Shown: one piece after another, positions 30,113 to 40,226 of the stretch | Numbering within the stretch: position 1 is the stretch's first letter | Layout of the letters: each line of letters begins with the position of its first letter | Notes under the pieces: model-generated | Told to the model about the DNA's origin: nothing | The model's input: the letters and a program-made list of their open reading frames with translations, nothing else | Databases searched by the model: none | Assembly (NCBI GenBank): GCA_035623825.1 | Contig: DASPSR010000064.1 | Coordinates: forward strand, 1-58,460 | Direction of reading: 5' to 3' | Source: Nitrospirota bacterium | GTDB taxonomy: Bacteria > Nitrospirota > UBA9217 | DNA length: 58,460 nucleotides | Program-made: the position numbers and the translations under genes

Positions 30113-30942
30113 TCGGAAAGCTCCTCGATACCCTTGACCACCCTCGGCCCGAGCCGATACAGGCTATCGCCCATGAAACAGACCTTCCCGTTCTTAACTG
30201 CTGGCACGGTTGCAAGCCTCTGGAGGATTCCGTTTGAGATCGCTTGCATGTCCATACCTGATGCCTTGCCGATCATAATTACGTCGGGAGCCTGCCGGAT
30301 GGCCTCTTCGATTGAATACTTGGGATATTGAGTCTTCGCCGTTGCCGCGAGGTTCTCACCCCGTAGTAGCGCGATTGCGTCGTTTATGACTGTGCCTGGC
30401 CCCGCAACAATGAGCGGCTCAGGCCAGACAATGAACAGTATCTTCTTAGGTGTAGAAGGAGGAGAAGCAAGGGCCGCTTTTTGTCCCGCTGAGTTCCTGA
30501 TGCCAGCCGCTATCTTGTCGGCCAGAGCATCTGCCCGCTCCCGGACGCCAAGCGCCACGCCCAGTTCCCTGATGCCCCGAGGCAGATCCGCAAGTCTCCG
30601 CGCCTGGGAAACATAGGTATGGACCTCCAATGAGCGGAGCCGCTCTTCAAATTCTTTAGGGTTCCCATCCGTGGTCATCACGACGATATCGGGCTTCAGC
30701 GAAACCACGGCCTCAAGCGACGGGTCGGACATGCCGCCGATCTTCGGTTTCTTTTTTGCTTCTTCAGGATAATCGCAAAAGGATGTCACGCCGACGATAT
30801 TATCACCGAGCCCCAGCGCGTAAAGGATCTCCGTCATGTTCGGTGCGAGAGAAACAATCCGCTTGGGTGGTGATGCGATCTCAGCCGAAATGGAAGTCGA
30901 TATGCCTAAAACGAGGGCTGCGATTATAAAGAGATTTTTCAT
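30100..30942 (-). CDS. btuF: Periplasmic cobalamin-binding protein
   Basis: Signal peptide from ATG 30942, RIVSLAPNMTEILYALG, VGVT.FCDYP, LKPD, RLGPR. Confidence 0.87.
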   Translation of the reverse strand: MKNLFIIAALVLGISTSISAEIASPPKRIVSLAPNMTEILYALGLGDNIVGVTSFCDYPEEAKKKPKIGGMSDPSLEAVVSLKPDIVVMTTDGNPKEFEERLRSLEVHTYVSQARRLADLPRGIRELGVALGVRERADALADKIAAGIRNSAGQKAALASPPSTPKKILFIVWPEPLIVAGPGTVINDAIALLRGENLAATAKTQYPKYSIEEAIRQAPDVIMIGKASGMDMQAISNGILQRLATVPAVKNGKVCFMGDSLYRLGPRVVKGIEELSECLK

Positions 30943-31084
30943 ATGCTCAATGACATTGTCTGGGCGTGGATAAAAACGGATCAAACGGTCGTGAATGAAC
31001 AGGGTCAGGATTTTTTTCACAAATCTGCATCCACCTTATATTTTCGCTCACTAAAAATGCATATCTCACGTACATTTCTTAGTC

Positions 31085-31130
31085 ATAAAAAATAAAAAAT
31101 CCCCGGTCTTCTTTTCAAGAACGGGGATTA
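31085..31130 (-). terminator. Intrinsic terminator (expression platform of the cobalamin riboswitch)
   Basis: Minus strand ATCCCCG-TTCTTGAAAAGAAGAC-CGGGGAT-TTTTATTTTTT. Confidence 0.75.
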
Positions 31131-31180
31131 ATAGCAGGCATTAACCCACACATGATCTTAACGCCGAAGACTGTGCGAGA

Positions 31181-31345
31181 ACATCCAAGCAGGTCTTCTG
31201 GCTCTCCCATCTCTGCCCGCCTTCCCAACCTTGAAAGTCAGTGGCGTGTTTCCGGCAGAGACATAAGACCCCGCTTCCTGCGGGGCCGGGATTACAGCGG
31301 CGGGTCCGCTCCCGAATCACACGGGATTCCCTTCGCCTGGATATG
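31181..31345 (-). ncRNA. Cobalamin riboswitch upstream of btuF
   Basis: Minus strand AGGGAATCCCGTGTGATTCGGG..CCCGCCGCTGT..GCCACTG..GGGAAGG..AGCCAGAAGACCTGC. Confidence 0.94.
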
Positions 31346-31425
31346 ATCGAATTTTCTCTTGTGTAACTCTTATAACACAGCAGAGACTGAAAGTCAAAAT
31401 GTTTTTGAGGCTGTCACGTGCGCTC

Positions 31426-32202
31426 CTATTCAGCTGCACTTTCCGTTCGCCCGAGTGTCTTTATCGTTTGAAGAAAGTCTCGTGACTTGAGCCGTTTCCC
31501 GAGGATATTGAGCGTGTGGGCGGAGAAGATCCGATCGAGCTCCTGCATAATGGAGGGAGAAGGTCTGAGGCGGCAGACCTTGTCCATGTCCATCCTGAGC
31601 ACCTGGTAGTAGAAGCCGGCCGCGCCCTGCGATAGCCTGACCTGCGGGTCTTCCGAAGAAATCATGCAGTCAGGGCAAAGCACACCGCCTTTCACGCCGT
31701 GGAACATCATCTCTCCTTTCGGCTCTCTGCCGCAGGAAAGGCAGTGATCCAGCTTGGGTTGGTACCCCAGGAGCGAAAGGAACTTTATCTCGAATATCCT
31801 GAGCAGAAACGAGGGATCTTCCCCGGCGTTCAGGAGTTGAATGGTATGGGCAAGAAGAAGGAAAGCGAAAGAGTTGCGCTCCCCGACAGGCGCGAGTTCC
31901 TTAACGAGCTCGAGCATGACGGCGCCGGCCGCAGAACGGGTAAGGTCTTCGCAGATCCGTGAAGACTGCGTTATGATGTCGGCTGATTCGATCCTCAGAA
32001 GCTCCTGGTGCTCCCGCTCGTGGAGCTGGAGCCTGCAGCAGGTAAATGCTTCGAGCCCCGCGCCGAAGCGCCGAAACGATTTCCGCGCGTTCTTAGCAAC
32101 GCCCTTGAGTATTCCACGGTCGAGGGAAAAGAAGGTGACGAGCTTGTCTGCCTCGCCCAGGTTCATGCTGCTGATGATGATAGCTTCGGTCTTAGATTTC
32201 AC
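31426..32202 (-). CDS. recO: DNA repair protein RecO
   Basis: EAIII..GEADKLV..G...GVAKNARKS..RFG; zinc finger C..CG..CPDC. Confidence 0.93.
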   Translation of the reverse strand: MKSKTEAIIISSMNLGEADKLVTFFSLDRGILKGVAKNARKSFRRFGAGLEAFTCCRLQLHEREHQELLRIESADIITQSSRICEDLTRSAAGAVMLELVKELAPVGERNSFAFLLLAHTIQLLNAGEDPSFLLRIFEIKFLSLLGYQPKLDHCLSCGREPKGEMMFHGVKGGVLCPDCMISSEDPQVRLSQGAAGFYYQVLRMDMDKVCRLRPSPSIMQELDRIFSAHTLNILGKRLKSRDFLQTIKTLGRTESAAE

Positions 32203-32529
32203 AGCTTATCCTGAAAGCGGCGATTGGCCGCCGATTTACTCACCAGAATATCGATCATGTACGTCAGTACGGTGGACCATCTAGCATCGACATCCACCGC
32301 AATAGGTTACCCAATCGGAAAGGTGCAGGCATTATACACCGTTGTAAAGAGATAGAAAAGAGAGAATCGACCGAAGCCGCACCTCCGGCGCCAGAGAGTG
32401 ATTTGCAGCCTCGGATATCCACCTGTCCCAAAATGCCCCTGCAACGCCCCTGCAACGCCTTTACATTTGGGATATCTTATTCTATACTATCAGCTGTAGT
32501 CAAAAATTCCTGGGAAAGGGGTTGATTCT

Positions 32530-33039
32530 ATGAAGAAAGCTTTTATAGGCATTCTCGTTTTTATTATGCTTTTCGCGACAGGTATCGTTCTTGCTGATGA
32601 GACGCCTGCACCATCTCCCACTCCTGAGCCCGCGGCACCCGCGGCACCTGCGGCACCCGCAGAGCCCGCAACCCCGGCGCCAGTACCCGCAGCTAAAGCC
32701 CCTGCCCCCGAGGCCCCGGGTCTCAACATCGCGCGTATGGAGATTGCGGGTTCCGTGGAGGACCGCGAGCCCGTGGGGATCGCTGCTACATTTCCCGACA
32801 ACACGGATAAGGTCTATTGCTTTGTCGAGGTCAAGGACGCACCTATGGACACTTCTATCACCTTTGTTTGGACACTCGGCCCGAACGAGATGGGTAAAGT
32901 GACCCAGCAGGTGAAGCAGTCCTCGCGTTGGAGAACCTGGACGAGCAAGACCGTCAGCGGCATGAGGGGCGACTGGAAGGTTGACGTGCTGGATGAATCA
33001 GGTGCGGTGCTCAAGTCTGCCACGTTCAAGGTGGAATAA
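32530..33039 (+). CDS. Secreted DUF2914-domain protein with Pro/Ala-rich linker
   Basis: Signal peptide, PAAPA linker, VEDREP..VYCF..WRTWTSK..GDWKVDV. Confidence 0.85.
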   Translation: MKKAFIGILVFIMLFATGIVLADETPAPSPTPEPAAPAAPAAPAEPATPAPVPAAKAPAPEAPGLNIARMEIAGSVEDREPVGIAATFPDNTDKVYCFVEVKDAPMDTSITFVWTLGPNEMGKVTQQVKQSSRWRTWTSKTVSGMRGDWKVDVLDESGAVLKSATFKVE

Positions 33040-33107
33040 CGGTTCATCAACAAACCGCCTATCTTTTTCTCTCATGACTCCGGTCTAGAATGATGAACGC
33101 TAAAGCT

Positions 33108-33138
33108 AAAGCGCGGTTTCCCCGCGCTTTTTTGTTTT
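33108..33138 (+). terminator. Intrinsic terminator
   Basis: AAAGCGCGG-TTTCC-CCGCGCTTTTTT. Confidence 0.8.
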
Positions 33139-33298
33139 ACTTCATAATGTGATCCGCTTCGCTGTATAGCAGTCCATGTTGGGAGAATGTACCTCCGGTG
33201 TGGTGATAGAACGATAGAAAGTATAATGAATTTTGGTGGATAGTTAAAAAGAAATGGTGAATTTAGCTGGTAAGCAACTTACTTACGGAGGTGGCCTT

Positions 33299-33748
33299 GT
33301 GAAAATGACCTTGATAATCATAACTATCTTCGCTGGATCAATGCTGATTCCGTACCCAGCTCGAGCTGAAAGGCTTCAAGAGGACAACAAGAAGATCGTT
33401 ATCGATTTTTACGAGAAGGCTCTCAATCAAAAGGATTTCGAGGCAGCCTCGAGATATCTCGGACCGCGGTACATCCAGCACAATCAGCGTGCAGCGGACG
33501 GGGCTCAAGGCTTAAAGAACTTCATCGCGTTTCTGCGGGAAAAGTATCCCGGATCTCATAGCGAAATCAAGCGGGTTTTCGCGGACAGGGACTTTGTGAT
33601 CCTGCACGTGCATGCGGTCAGGGAGCCAGGCACTCCCGGTGTGGCCATCGTCGATATCTTCAGGCTGAAGGAAGGCAAGATCGTCGAACACTGGGACGTT
33701 CACGAGGATATTATCGAAAAACCGGCGAACCCGAACGGGATGTTCTGA
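33299..33748 (+). CDS. SnoaL-like/NTF2-fold exported protein
   Basis: NKKIV..FY..YIQHN..DG..V.LH.H..DIFRL..GKIVEHWDV..NPNGMF; GTG start after GGAGGT. Confidence 0.88.
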   Translation: MKMTLIIITIFAGSMLIPYPARAERLQEDNKKIVIDFYEKALNQKDFEAASRYLGPRYIQHNQRAADGAQGLKNFIAFLREKYPGSHSEIKRVFADRDFVILHVHAVREPGTPGVAIVDIFRLKEGKIVEHWDVHEDIIEKPANPNGMF

Positions 33749-33815
33749 CATGGCCAAAACATTGCCCACGGGTATGTTGATCAGTTAACATAGCACGCAG
33801 ATTGTCTTTCCTACA

Positions 33816-34433
33816 TCATTCTACCACGCTATTCTTTTTTTTCATATTCCTGTGTCTCACCACATATCCGGCAACAAGTACCGCGCAGAGGATCATGGCG
33901 ATTATGAGTGCCTGGCGGGAATAACGCATCACAAGCTCTTCCTCGGCACCTATAAAGTAGCCGATAAAGGCCAGGACCGTGACCCATAAGCCGGCGCCCA
34001 GGGCGGTATAGAGGGAGAACTTTGTGTGGTGCATGCCTGCAAGCCCAGCCGGGAGCGAGATGAGATGGCGCACCACGGGGATGAGCCTCCCGATGAACGT
34101 GGATATCTCGCCATGGTCCTTGAAGTATCGTTCCACCTTGGCAAATTTTTCTTCGGTGATCAGGACGTACTTTCCGTACCGGAGCAGGAGGGGACGGCCG
34201 AGGTAGTGGGCTGCGAAGTAATTCGCGTACGCGCCGACGAGGCTTCCCAGGGTGCCCAGTAAGATGACGGTGAACATGTTCATTTCGCCCTTCTGAGCGA
34301 GGAAGCCCGCGGGAGGTATCACAAGCTCGCTTGGGATCGGGATCACCGAACTCTCCATAGCCATGAGGATGAAGATGCCCGGATAGCCCAGGGCTCCGAT
34401 GGTCTCGACTAGCCACATAATCAGTCCATGCAT
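33816..34433 (-). CDS. DedA family membrane protein
   Basis: ESSVIPIPSELVIPPAG, GRLIPVVRHLISLPAG. Confidence 0.93.
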   Translation of the reverse strand: MHGLIMWLVETIGALGYPGIFILMAMESSVIPIPSELVIPPAGFLAQKGEMNMFTVILLGTLGSLVGAYANYFAAHYLGRPLLLRYGKYVLITEEKFAKVERYFKDHGEISTFIGRLIPVVRHLISLPAGLAGMHHTKFSLYTALGAGLWVTVLAFIGYFIGAEEELVMRYSRQALIIAMILCAVLVAGYVVRHRNMKKKNSVVE

Positions 34434-34476
34434 TTACTTGCTCCTTGAAATGATTTTTTAGCTTTAGGGCCTAGGC

Positions 34477-35385
34477 TCAGCGGCCCGATTCTTCGCCGAG
34501 GACGCCAATGTTCCTGAGCATGCGCTCGTCCTCGCGCCAGCCCTTCTTCACCTTTACCCAGAGCTGGAGGAATATCTTGACACCAAGCAGTTTTTCCGCA
34601 TCCTGCCGGGCAAGCGTGCCTATTTGCTTGAGCATGGACCCGCCCTTGCCGATCAGGATGCCCTTTTGCGAGTCGCGCTCCACGTAGATGACAGCGGTGA
34701 TCCTTGTAATGTCCGTTTCTTCCTTCATGTTTTCGATGACCACAGCCGTGGAGTACGGGATCTCTTCCTTGGTGAGCGCGAAGACCTTCTCCCGAATGAG
34801 CTCCGACACGATGAACCGCTCAGGCTGGTCCGTAAGCTGATCATCGGGGAAATATTTCGGCCCTTGGGGCAGCCTTTTGAGGATGGATCCGAGGAGGCCG
34901 CCGAGGTCGTTACGGAGCGCGGACACGGGAATGATCTCGGCAAAGTCAAAAAGCCTGCTGTACTCCTGCATCAAAGGCAGGAGCGCTTCTTTCTTTACGA
35001 GGTCCACTTTGTTGATAAGGAGGAACACGGGCGTCTTGACCTTGGCAAGTGTTTCGATGATGTATTTGTCCCCCCCGCCTGGCTGCTCCGTGGCCTCCAC
35101 GAGCATCAATATGACGTCCACTTCATTGTAGGTCGCAAGCGCCGTCTTCACCATGAACTCGTTCATCTTGTGCATGGGCTTGTGGATTCCGGGAGTGTCG
35201 ATGAACACCATCTGCGCTCCCGGTTGGTTCACGATGCCGAGTATGCGGTTACGCGTGGTCTGCGGCTTGTCCGAGATGATCGCGATCTTCTCCCCGAGCA
35301 GAGCGTTCAAGAGAGTAGATTTTCCCACGTTCGGCCTGCCGATGATCGAGACAAAGCCGGATTTGAACTTTTGTTCATCAGTCAT
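34477..35385 (-). CDS. era: GTPase Era
   Basis: GRPNVGKS, QTTR, DTPG, NKVD, KH domain ILIGKGG. Start placed at ATG 35385. Confidence 0.96.
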   Translation of the reverse strand: MTDEQKFKSGFVSIIGRPNVGKSTLLNALLGEKIAIISDKPQTTRNRILGIVNQPGAQMVFIDTPGIHKPMHKMNEFMVKTALATYNEVDVILMLVEATEQPGGGDKYIIETLAKVKTPVFLLINKVDLVKKEALLPLMQEYSRLFDFAEIIPVSALRNDLGGLLGSILKRLPQGPKYFPDDQLTDQPERFIVSELIREKVFALTKEEIPYSTAVVIENMKEETDITRITAVIYVERDSQKGILIGKGGSMLKQIGTLARQDAEKLLGVKIFLQLWVKVKKGWREDERMLRNIGVLGEESGR

Positions 35386-35751
35386 GGGGGGTAGGATACC
35401 CGAATTCAACCCGTCGTGCAACAGAAAAGCCGGAATTTGGATAGTCCTGTGGCCGCAGTTTTTTGAAGATTTCGTTCTTAAATTGACAAAACTGATGAAG
35501 CCTGATACCATTTACACTATCCATAAGAGACCTCCCGTCAAGCATTGAGCCCCCCGCGAGAACAAATTCTTTGCAGGAGGTTTCTGTTTAGGTCAGATTA
35601 TAAGTACATTTTTCCCCCTGTTATACTGATCTTTAACTATCCCTTTATTAATAAACCAAGATGGCACTGCCAACAGAAGAAATCCTAAGCCGAAGTCGGA
35701 TTTTTATTTTTTATCGTAGGATCAGTATAGTATCTAAATAAGGAGTGGACC

Positions 35752-36330
35752 ATGAAACGATCACTCGGTTTTATAATTCTGGTTGTCTCGGGGGCGGTTG
35801 TGTTTACAGCTTACGGCGGAGCAGGAGGCGGCGAAGCAGCCCGGTTCAATTCTCCTTATGGCATAACGACTGACGGGACTAACATCTATGTTGCAGATAG
35901 CAATAACAGCACGATTAGAAAGATTTTGATTTCGACAGGAGCGGTAACGACCATCGCGGGAACGGCAGGAATCGCAGGCGCTACGGATGGCACAGGAGCA
36001 GCGGCCCGGTTCAATCACCCTTTTGGCATAACGACCGACGGGAAAAACCTCTATGTCGCGGATAGCTTTAATCATGCGATCAGAAAGATCGTGATTTCGA
36101 CAGGAGCGGTAACAACGATCGCGGGAACGGCTGGAGGCGTAGGCACTACGGATGGCACGGGAGCAGCGGCCCGGTTCTATTATCCTTACGGAATAACGAC
36201 TGACGGCACAAACCTCTACGTGGCAGATAGCGGTAATCACACGATAAGAAAGGTCGTGATCGCATCGAGAGTGGTATCAACGATTGCGGGAAAGGCCGGA
36301 AGTATCGGCTCTGAGGACGCGAGTCAGTAG
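35752..36330 (+). CDS. Exported NHL-repeat protein (three 55-aa blades)
   Basis: ARFN.P.GITTDG.NLYVAD..N..IRK repeated three times; AGGAG RBS; N-terminal hydrophobic signal. Confidence 0.85.
   Translation: MKRSLGFIILVVSGAVVFTAYGGAGGGEAARFNSPYGITTDGTNIYVADSNNSTIRKILISTGAVTTIAGTAGIAGATDGTGAAARFNHPFGITTDGKNLYVADSFNHAIRKIVISTGAVTTIAGTAGGVGTTDGTGAAARFYYPYGITTDGTNLYVADSGNHTIRKVVIASRVVSTIAGKAGSIGSEDASQ
35835..36320 (+). repeat. Three 165-bp tandem repeats (NHL blades)
   Basis: ccggttc(a/t)at at 35841, 36006 and 36171, with high nucleotide similarity between units. Confidence 0.9.
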
Positions 36331-36713
36331 CTTAAGCTCGGGCTGTTCATTTTATCCATTATGCAACTGTCAACCGGGAATCGTTACCTTTACACGTTCT
36401 CGAAATCCGTTTAGTTGTGGCTGAAGGATACTTCGAGTCATCTTTACTAAAAGTATCAACTAACGTACTGTTCTCAATGGGGAGAGCGCCAGGACATCGC
36501 GGTTTAATATCACTCTCCCCTTTTCTCAATTCTCTCAGTCCGATGAGCCTCTTTTGATCCGGTTTTTCTTGTGTCATCTGCATTCAACATGTCTTTCCGA
36601 TGTAATTTCTTTCGCATTCTGCCTCCTACCAGTCGATGGATTTCGCTTTTCATCGCAGTTCCAACACTTTCCATTTGACAATAGCGTGCCCTTATCGGTA
36701 TTATCATCTAGAC

Positions 36714-37712
36714 ATGACGACTGATAAGACCAACATCTCCGCCATTCGCGACAAAATCCTGAAGCTCAAAAAAGACCTGAACGCTATCATCCTCGCGCAT
36801 AATTATCAGCGTCCCGAGGTCCAGGACATCGCCGACATCACCGGCGACTCGCTCGAGCTTTCCCGCGCGGCGGCGAAGACAGACTATAGCGTTATCGTGT
36901 TTTGCGGCGTGCATTTCATGGCCGAGAGCGCCTCTATCCTCTCGCCCGACAAGACGGTGCTCCTGCCCGAGATAACCGCGGGCTGCCCCATGGCAGACAT
37001 GGTCACGGTCAAGGGGCCGCGCAAAACGAAGCGGGAGCTCTACACCGATGTCCTCGGCATTGCCTTCGAGTTCGCTGACGATTTCACGCTTCGCGACATG
37101 AAGAAGCAATATCCGGGAGTTCCTGTCGTCGCTTATGTGAACACCTCGGCCGCCGTCAAGGCAGAAAGCGACATATGCTGCACATCATCCAATGTTGTCA
37201 AGGTCGTCGAATCCCTGAAGGAAGACACCGTCATCTGCATCCCTGACAGGAACCTCTCTTCCTATGCGGCAAAACGGACGAAAAAGAAGATCATCTCCTG
37301 GGACGGGTTTTGCAACGTGCACCATGCGCACCTCAATGTCGAGGATGCGAAAAGGGCTAAAGCCGAGCATCCCGAAGCCGTCCTAGTGGTCCACCCGGAA
37401 TGTCCTCCTGAAGTGCAGGACATGGCTGACCAGATCACGAGCACTTCAGGCATGCTCCGCTTTTGCAAGGCGTCGAACCATAAAGAGTTCATTATCGGTA
37501 CCGAGGAAGGGATCCTCCATCGCCTCAGGAAGGACAGTCCGGACAAAAAGTTCTATATCCTCAACAGGGAAATGGTCTGCCCGAACATGAAGCGCACGAG
37601 GCTCGACAGCGTTCTTGCAGCCATGGAGAAGATGCAGTACGTCATCAAGGTGCCCGAAGAGATCCGCATCCCGGCCAAACGGGCCCTCGACCGGATGCTG
37701 GAAATCAAGTAA
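36714..37712 (+). CDS. nadA: Quinolinate synthase
   Basis: [43 protein letters not shown]. Start placed at ATG 36714. Confidence 0.96.
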   Translation: MTTDKTNISAIRDKILKLKKDLNAIILAHNYQRPEVQDIADITGDSLELSRAAAKTDYSVIVFCGVHFMAESASILSPDKTVLLPEITAGCPMADMVTVKGPRKTKRELYTDVLGIAFEFADDFTLRDMKKQYPGVPVVAYVNTSAAVKAESDICCTSSNVVKVVESLKEDTVICIPDRNLSSYAAKRTKKKIISWDGFCNVHHAHLNVEDAKRAKAEHPEAVLVVHPECPPEVQDMADQITSTSGMLRFCKASNHKEFIIGTEEGILHRLRKDSPDKKFYILNREMVCPNMKRTRLDSVLAAMEKMQYVIKVPEEIRIPAKRALDRMLEIK

Positions 37713-37797
37713 AATAATCAGGTCATCGCTAAGGCTGGTTGCGGCTAAATGTCACTTATCCCCGGCCTCAGCCCCGACCTCGTCCTGAAGGTCCTTC

Positions 37798-38901
37798 ATG
37801 CAGATAGCCATACTCATACTCCTTGCGGTCGTCGTCCTCATCCTTCTCTGGCTCATTGCTCAGTCCCAGAAGAAGACCGCTGACCCCACCATCGGCCTGA
37901 TGCAGCAGGAGGTTCTGTCCCTTCGGGGCCAGGTCACCGAGGCCATGCTCAGGAACCAGGAAACGGTGAATCAGCAGCTCGCTCAGATCACGATGCAGGT
38001 GAACGCTCAGCTAGGTCAGGTGACCCAGCAGCTCCAGAAATCGACGGACGATCTGAATACGCGGCTGGACAACGCGGCCCGCGTTGTGCAGGAGGTAAGC
38101 AAGGGGCTCGGCAGCCTGAGCGAAGCCACGAAGAAAGTGTTCGACGTGGGGAAAGACATAGCGAGCCTTCAGGAGATCCTTCGCTCGCCCAAGCTGCGCG
38201 GCGGGCTCGGCGAGCTCTTTCTCGGCGACCTCCTTGCCCAGATTTTCCCGCCGGCCCACTTTACGCTTCAACACAAGTTCAAGAGCGGTGAGACAGTTGA
38301 TGCGGTCATCATGCTCGGTCACAACCTCGTGCCTGTCGATGCCAAATTCCCTCTTGAAAACTTCAGGCGCATCGTTGAGACTGCATCGGAAGAAGAGCGA
38401 AAGACGGCGAAAAAGAGGTTCATTGCCGACGTGAAGAGGCATATCGACGCGATCGCTTCAAAATACATCTTGCCCGATGAAGGCACCTTCGATTTCGCCC
38501 TCATGTACATCCCTGCCGAAAACGTTTACTATGAGCTCATCATCAGGGACGAGGCCGTGGATACTGACAAGGCGCTCCTGAACTACGCCTTCTCCAAACG
38601 CGTGATCCCGGTATCTCCGAACAGTTTCTATGCCTACCTTCAGACCATCCTCCTCGGCCTTAAAGGATTGCACATCGAGGAGCAGACCCAGGAAATCCTG
38701 AAGAACCTCGAGAGGCTCTCGGGGGACTTCGAACGGTTCAGAACGGATTTCTTACTAGTCGGGAAACACCTGACGAACGTCAAGACGAAATACGACGAAG
38801 CGGACAGACGGCTTGAAAAGTTCGGCGACAGGCTCCAGTCTCTAAGCACCTCTGAGCCCCAGACCCTTGTCGAAGAAGGGACAAAAAAGCTGCCCCTCTG
38901 A
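37798..38901 (+). CDS. rmuC: DNA recombination protein RmuC
   Basis: N-terminal TM helix and coiled coil, RG..GE..L, PVDAKFPLE, KYI..GT.DFALMYIPAE. Confidence 0.92.
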   Translation: MQIAILILLAVVVLILLWLIAQSQKKTADPTIGLMQQEVLSLRGQVTEAMLRNQETVNQQLAQITMQVNAQLGQVTQQLQKSTDDLNTRLDNAARVVQEVSKGLGSLSEATKKVFDVGKDIASLQEILRSPKLRGGLGELFLGDLLAQIFPPAHFTLQHKFKSGETVDAVIMLGHNLVPVDAKFPLENFRRIVETASEEERKTAKKRFIADVKRHIDAIASKYILPDEGTFDFALMYIPAENVYYELIIRDEAVDTDKALLNYAFSKRVIPVSPNSFYAYLQTILLGLKGLHIEEQTQEILKNLERLSGDFERFRTDFLLVGKHLTNVKTKYDEADRRLEKFGDRLQSLSTSEPQTLVEEGTKKLPL

Positions 38902-39000
38902 CCTCCAGATTCAATCAATGGTAGCTAGAAAGCAGGTTCAACTTTTGTTATCAGTGGTGATACTCCCACCCAATGGCCGCCTGCAAAGAGGAAACGGTGC

Positions 39001-39040
39001 AAAAAAAAGCGGATTGAGATGACCATCTCAACCCGTTTTT
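39001..39040. terminator. Bidirectional intrinsic terminator between convergent rmuC and tatA
   Basis: AAAAAAAAGCGG-ATTGAGATG-ACC-ATCTCAA-CCCGTTTTT. Confidence 0.75.
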
Positions 39041-39084
39041 AGGATTTTCCAATACCGTGATACTCTGCCTAACCAGCCAGCTGG

Positions 39085-39276
39085 CTACGCCTTTTTCTCT
39101 TCCTTGTGCTCAACAAGCTTCTCTTTTGTGTCTTCTTCCTTCATGGCCTTTTTAAAGGCCTTGATGCTCTTGCCCAACCCTGCTCCGAGCTCCGGGAGCT
39201 TGCCGGGACCGAATATGATGAGCACGATCAGCAGGATTAAGATCAGGTGCAGCGGTTGAAATAGTCCTTCGAACAT
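39085..39276 (-). CDS. tatA: Twin-arginine translocase TatA/E subunit
   Basis: TM helix plus [22 protein letters not shown]. Confidence 0.93.
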   Translation of the reverse strand: MFEGLFQPLHLILILLIVLIIFGPGKLPELGAGLGKSIKAFKKAMKEEDTKEKLVEHKEEKKA

Positions 39277-39371
39277 GATATCCCTCCCCCTTTCGATGGC
39301 AGCATTATACCCTGCTCGCTCCGCTCTGTCAAATTATAAAAGGGATAGAATGCTTGAGGTAGGTAGTAGGA

Positions 39372-40226
39372 TCAGTGCTTCACAACGAGCACCGGACAGG
39401 GTGCATGGCCGATGACCTTCTCAGCCACGCTTCCCATGAGGAGCCGACGCAGGCCCGTTCTGCCGTGAGAACCAATGATAATCATGTTCGCGCCCTGATC
39501 CTTCGCCAGGTTCGTTATCGCCTCGGAGGCTTCCGTCTCTGCCACAAAAGTCTCGGAATTGACCCCGGCTGCCTCGGCCTGCTTCTTGACGTCGCTCACG
39601 AAGCTTTTCGCCTTCCTGACCAGATCCTCGACGGCCTGCGGCGCCTCGGCGTGAAACTCGGCAGGCACATCCACGACCGAGACGACCTTCAGTTCTCCGC
39701 CGTAGGATCGGGCGAACAAAATCGCTCTCGCTGTCGCGGCGGCGCTGTACTTCGAACCATCGGTGGCGAGCACGATCTTCTTCCACCCCAAAGTGGTGCC
39801 ATTCGGGACAACGAGGACATCACGCTGAGTATGGCCGATTACCCTCGCCGTGACGCTCCCCACGAGGCTGCGCTGGATGCCGCGCAGCCCGCGTCTGCCC
39901 ATGACGATCACGTCGCAGTTCTCAGCATCAGCGAGGTCTACGATCCGCTCGTAGACCTCGCCTTCTTCACAGACCGTCTTGACGAGCATCCGCTCGGTCT
40001 TTGATATCTTTTCGACCTCGGCGAGGGCGTCCTCACAAGGCTTCCTCATGGCAGCCCTGATATCCTTAATACCAAGGATCTCGATTTCGCCTTCGTACGG
40101 GGGAACGACCGACGTCACTGTTATCCAGCATTTCTCTTCGCTCGCCAGTTTGAAAGCTTGGTGAAGCGCATTCCTGCTGGATTCCGAACTGTCGACTGCG
40201 ACGAGGATCTTCCTATATTTCCCCAT
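39372..40226 (-). CDS. Tandem-domain universal stress protein
   Basis: Two Usp domains: KILVAVD..VMGRRG..GSVT.RV and KIVLATDGS..GSHGRTG..LMGSVAEKV..APCPVLVV. Confidence 0.93.
   Translation of the reverse strand: MGKYRKILVAVDSSESSRNALHQAFKLASEEKCWITVTSVVPPYEGEIEILGIKDIRAAMRKPCEDALAEVEKISKTERMLVKTVCEEGEVYERIVDLADAENCDVIVMGRRGLRGIQRSLVGSVTARVIGHTQRDVLVVPNGTTLGWKKIVLATDGSKYSAAATARAILFARSYGGELKVVSVVDVPAEFHAEAPQAVEDLVRKAKSFVSDVKKQAEAAGVNSETFVAETEASEAITNLAKDQGANMIIIGSHGRTGLRRLLMGSVAEKVIGHAPCPVLVVKH

Noticed and set aside
32436-32458. 11-bp direct repeat CCCCTGCAACG x2
   Set aside because: Too short and isolated to assign a function.
34624-35394. 256-aa plus-strand ORF
   Set aside because: Antisense shadow of era; no recognisable motifs.
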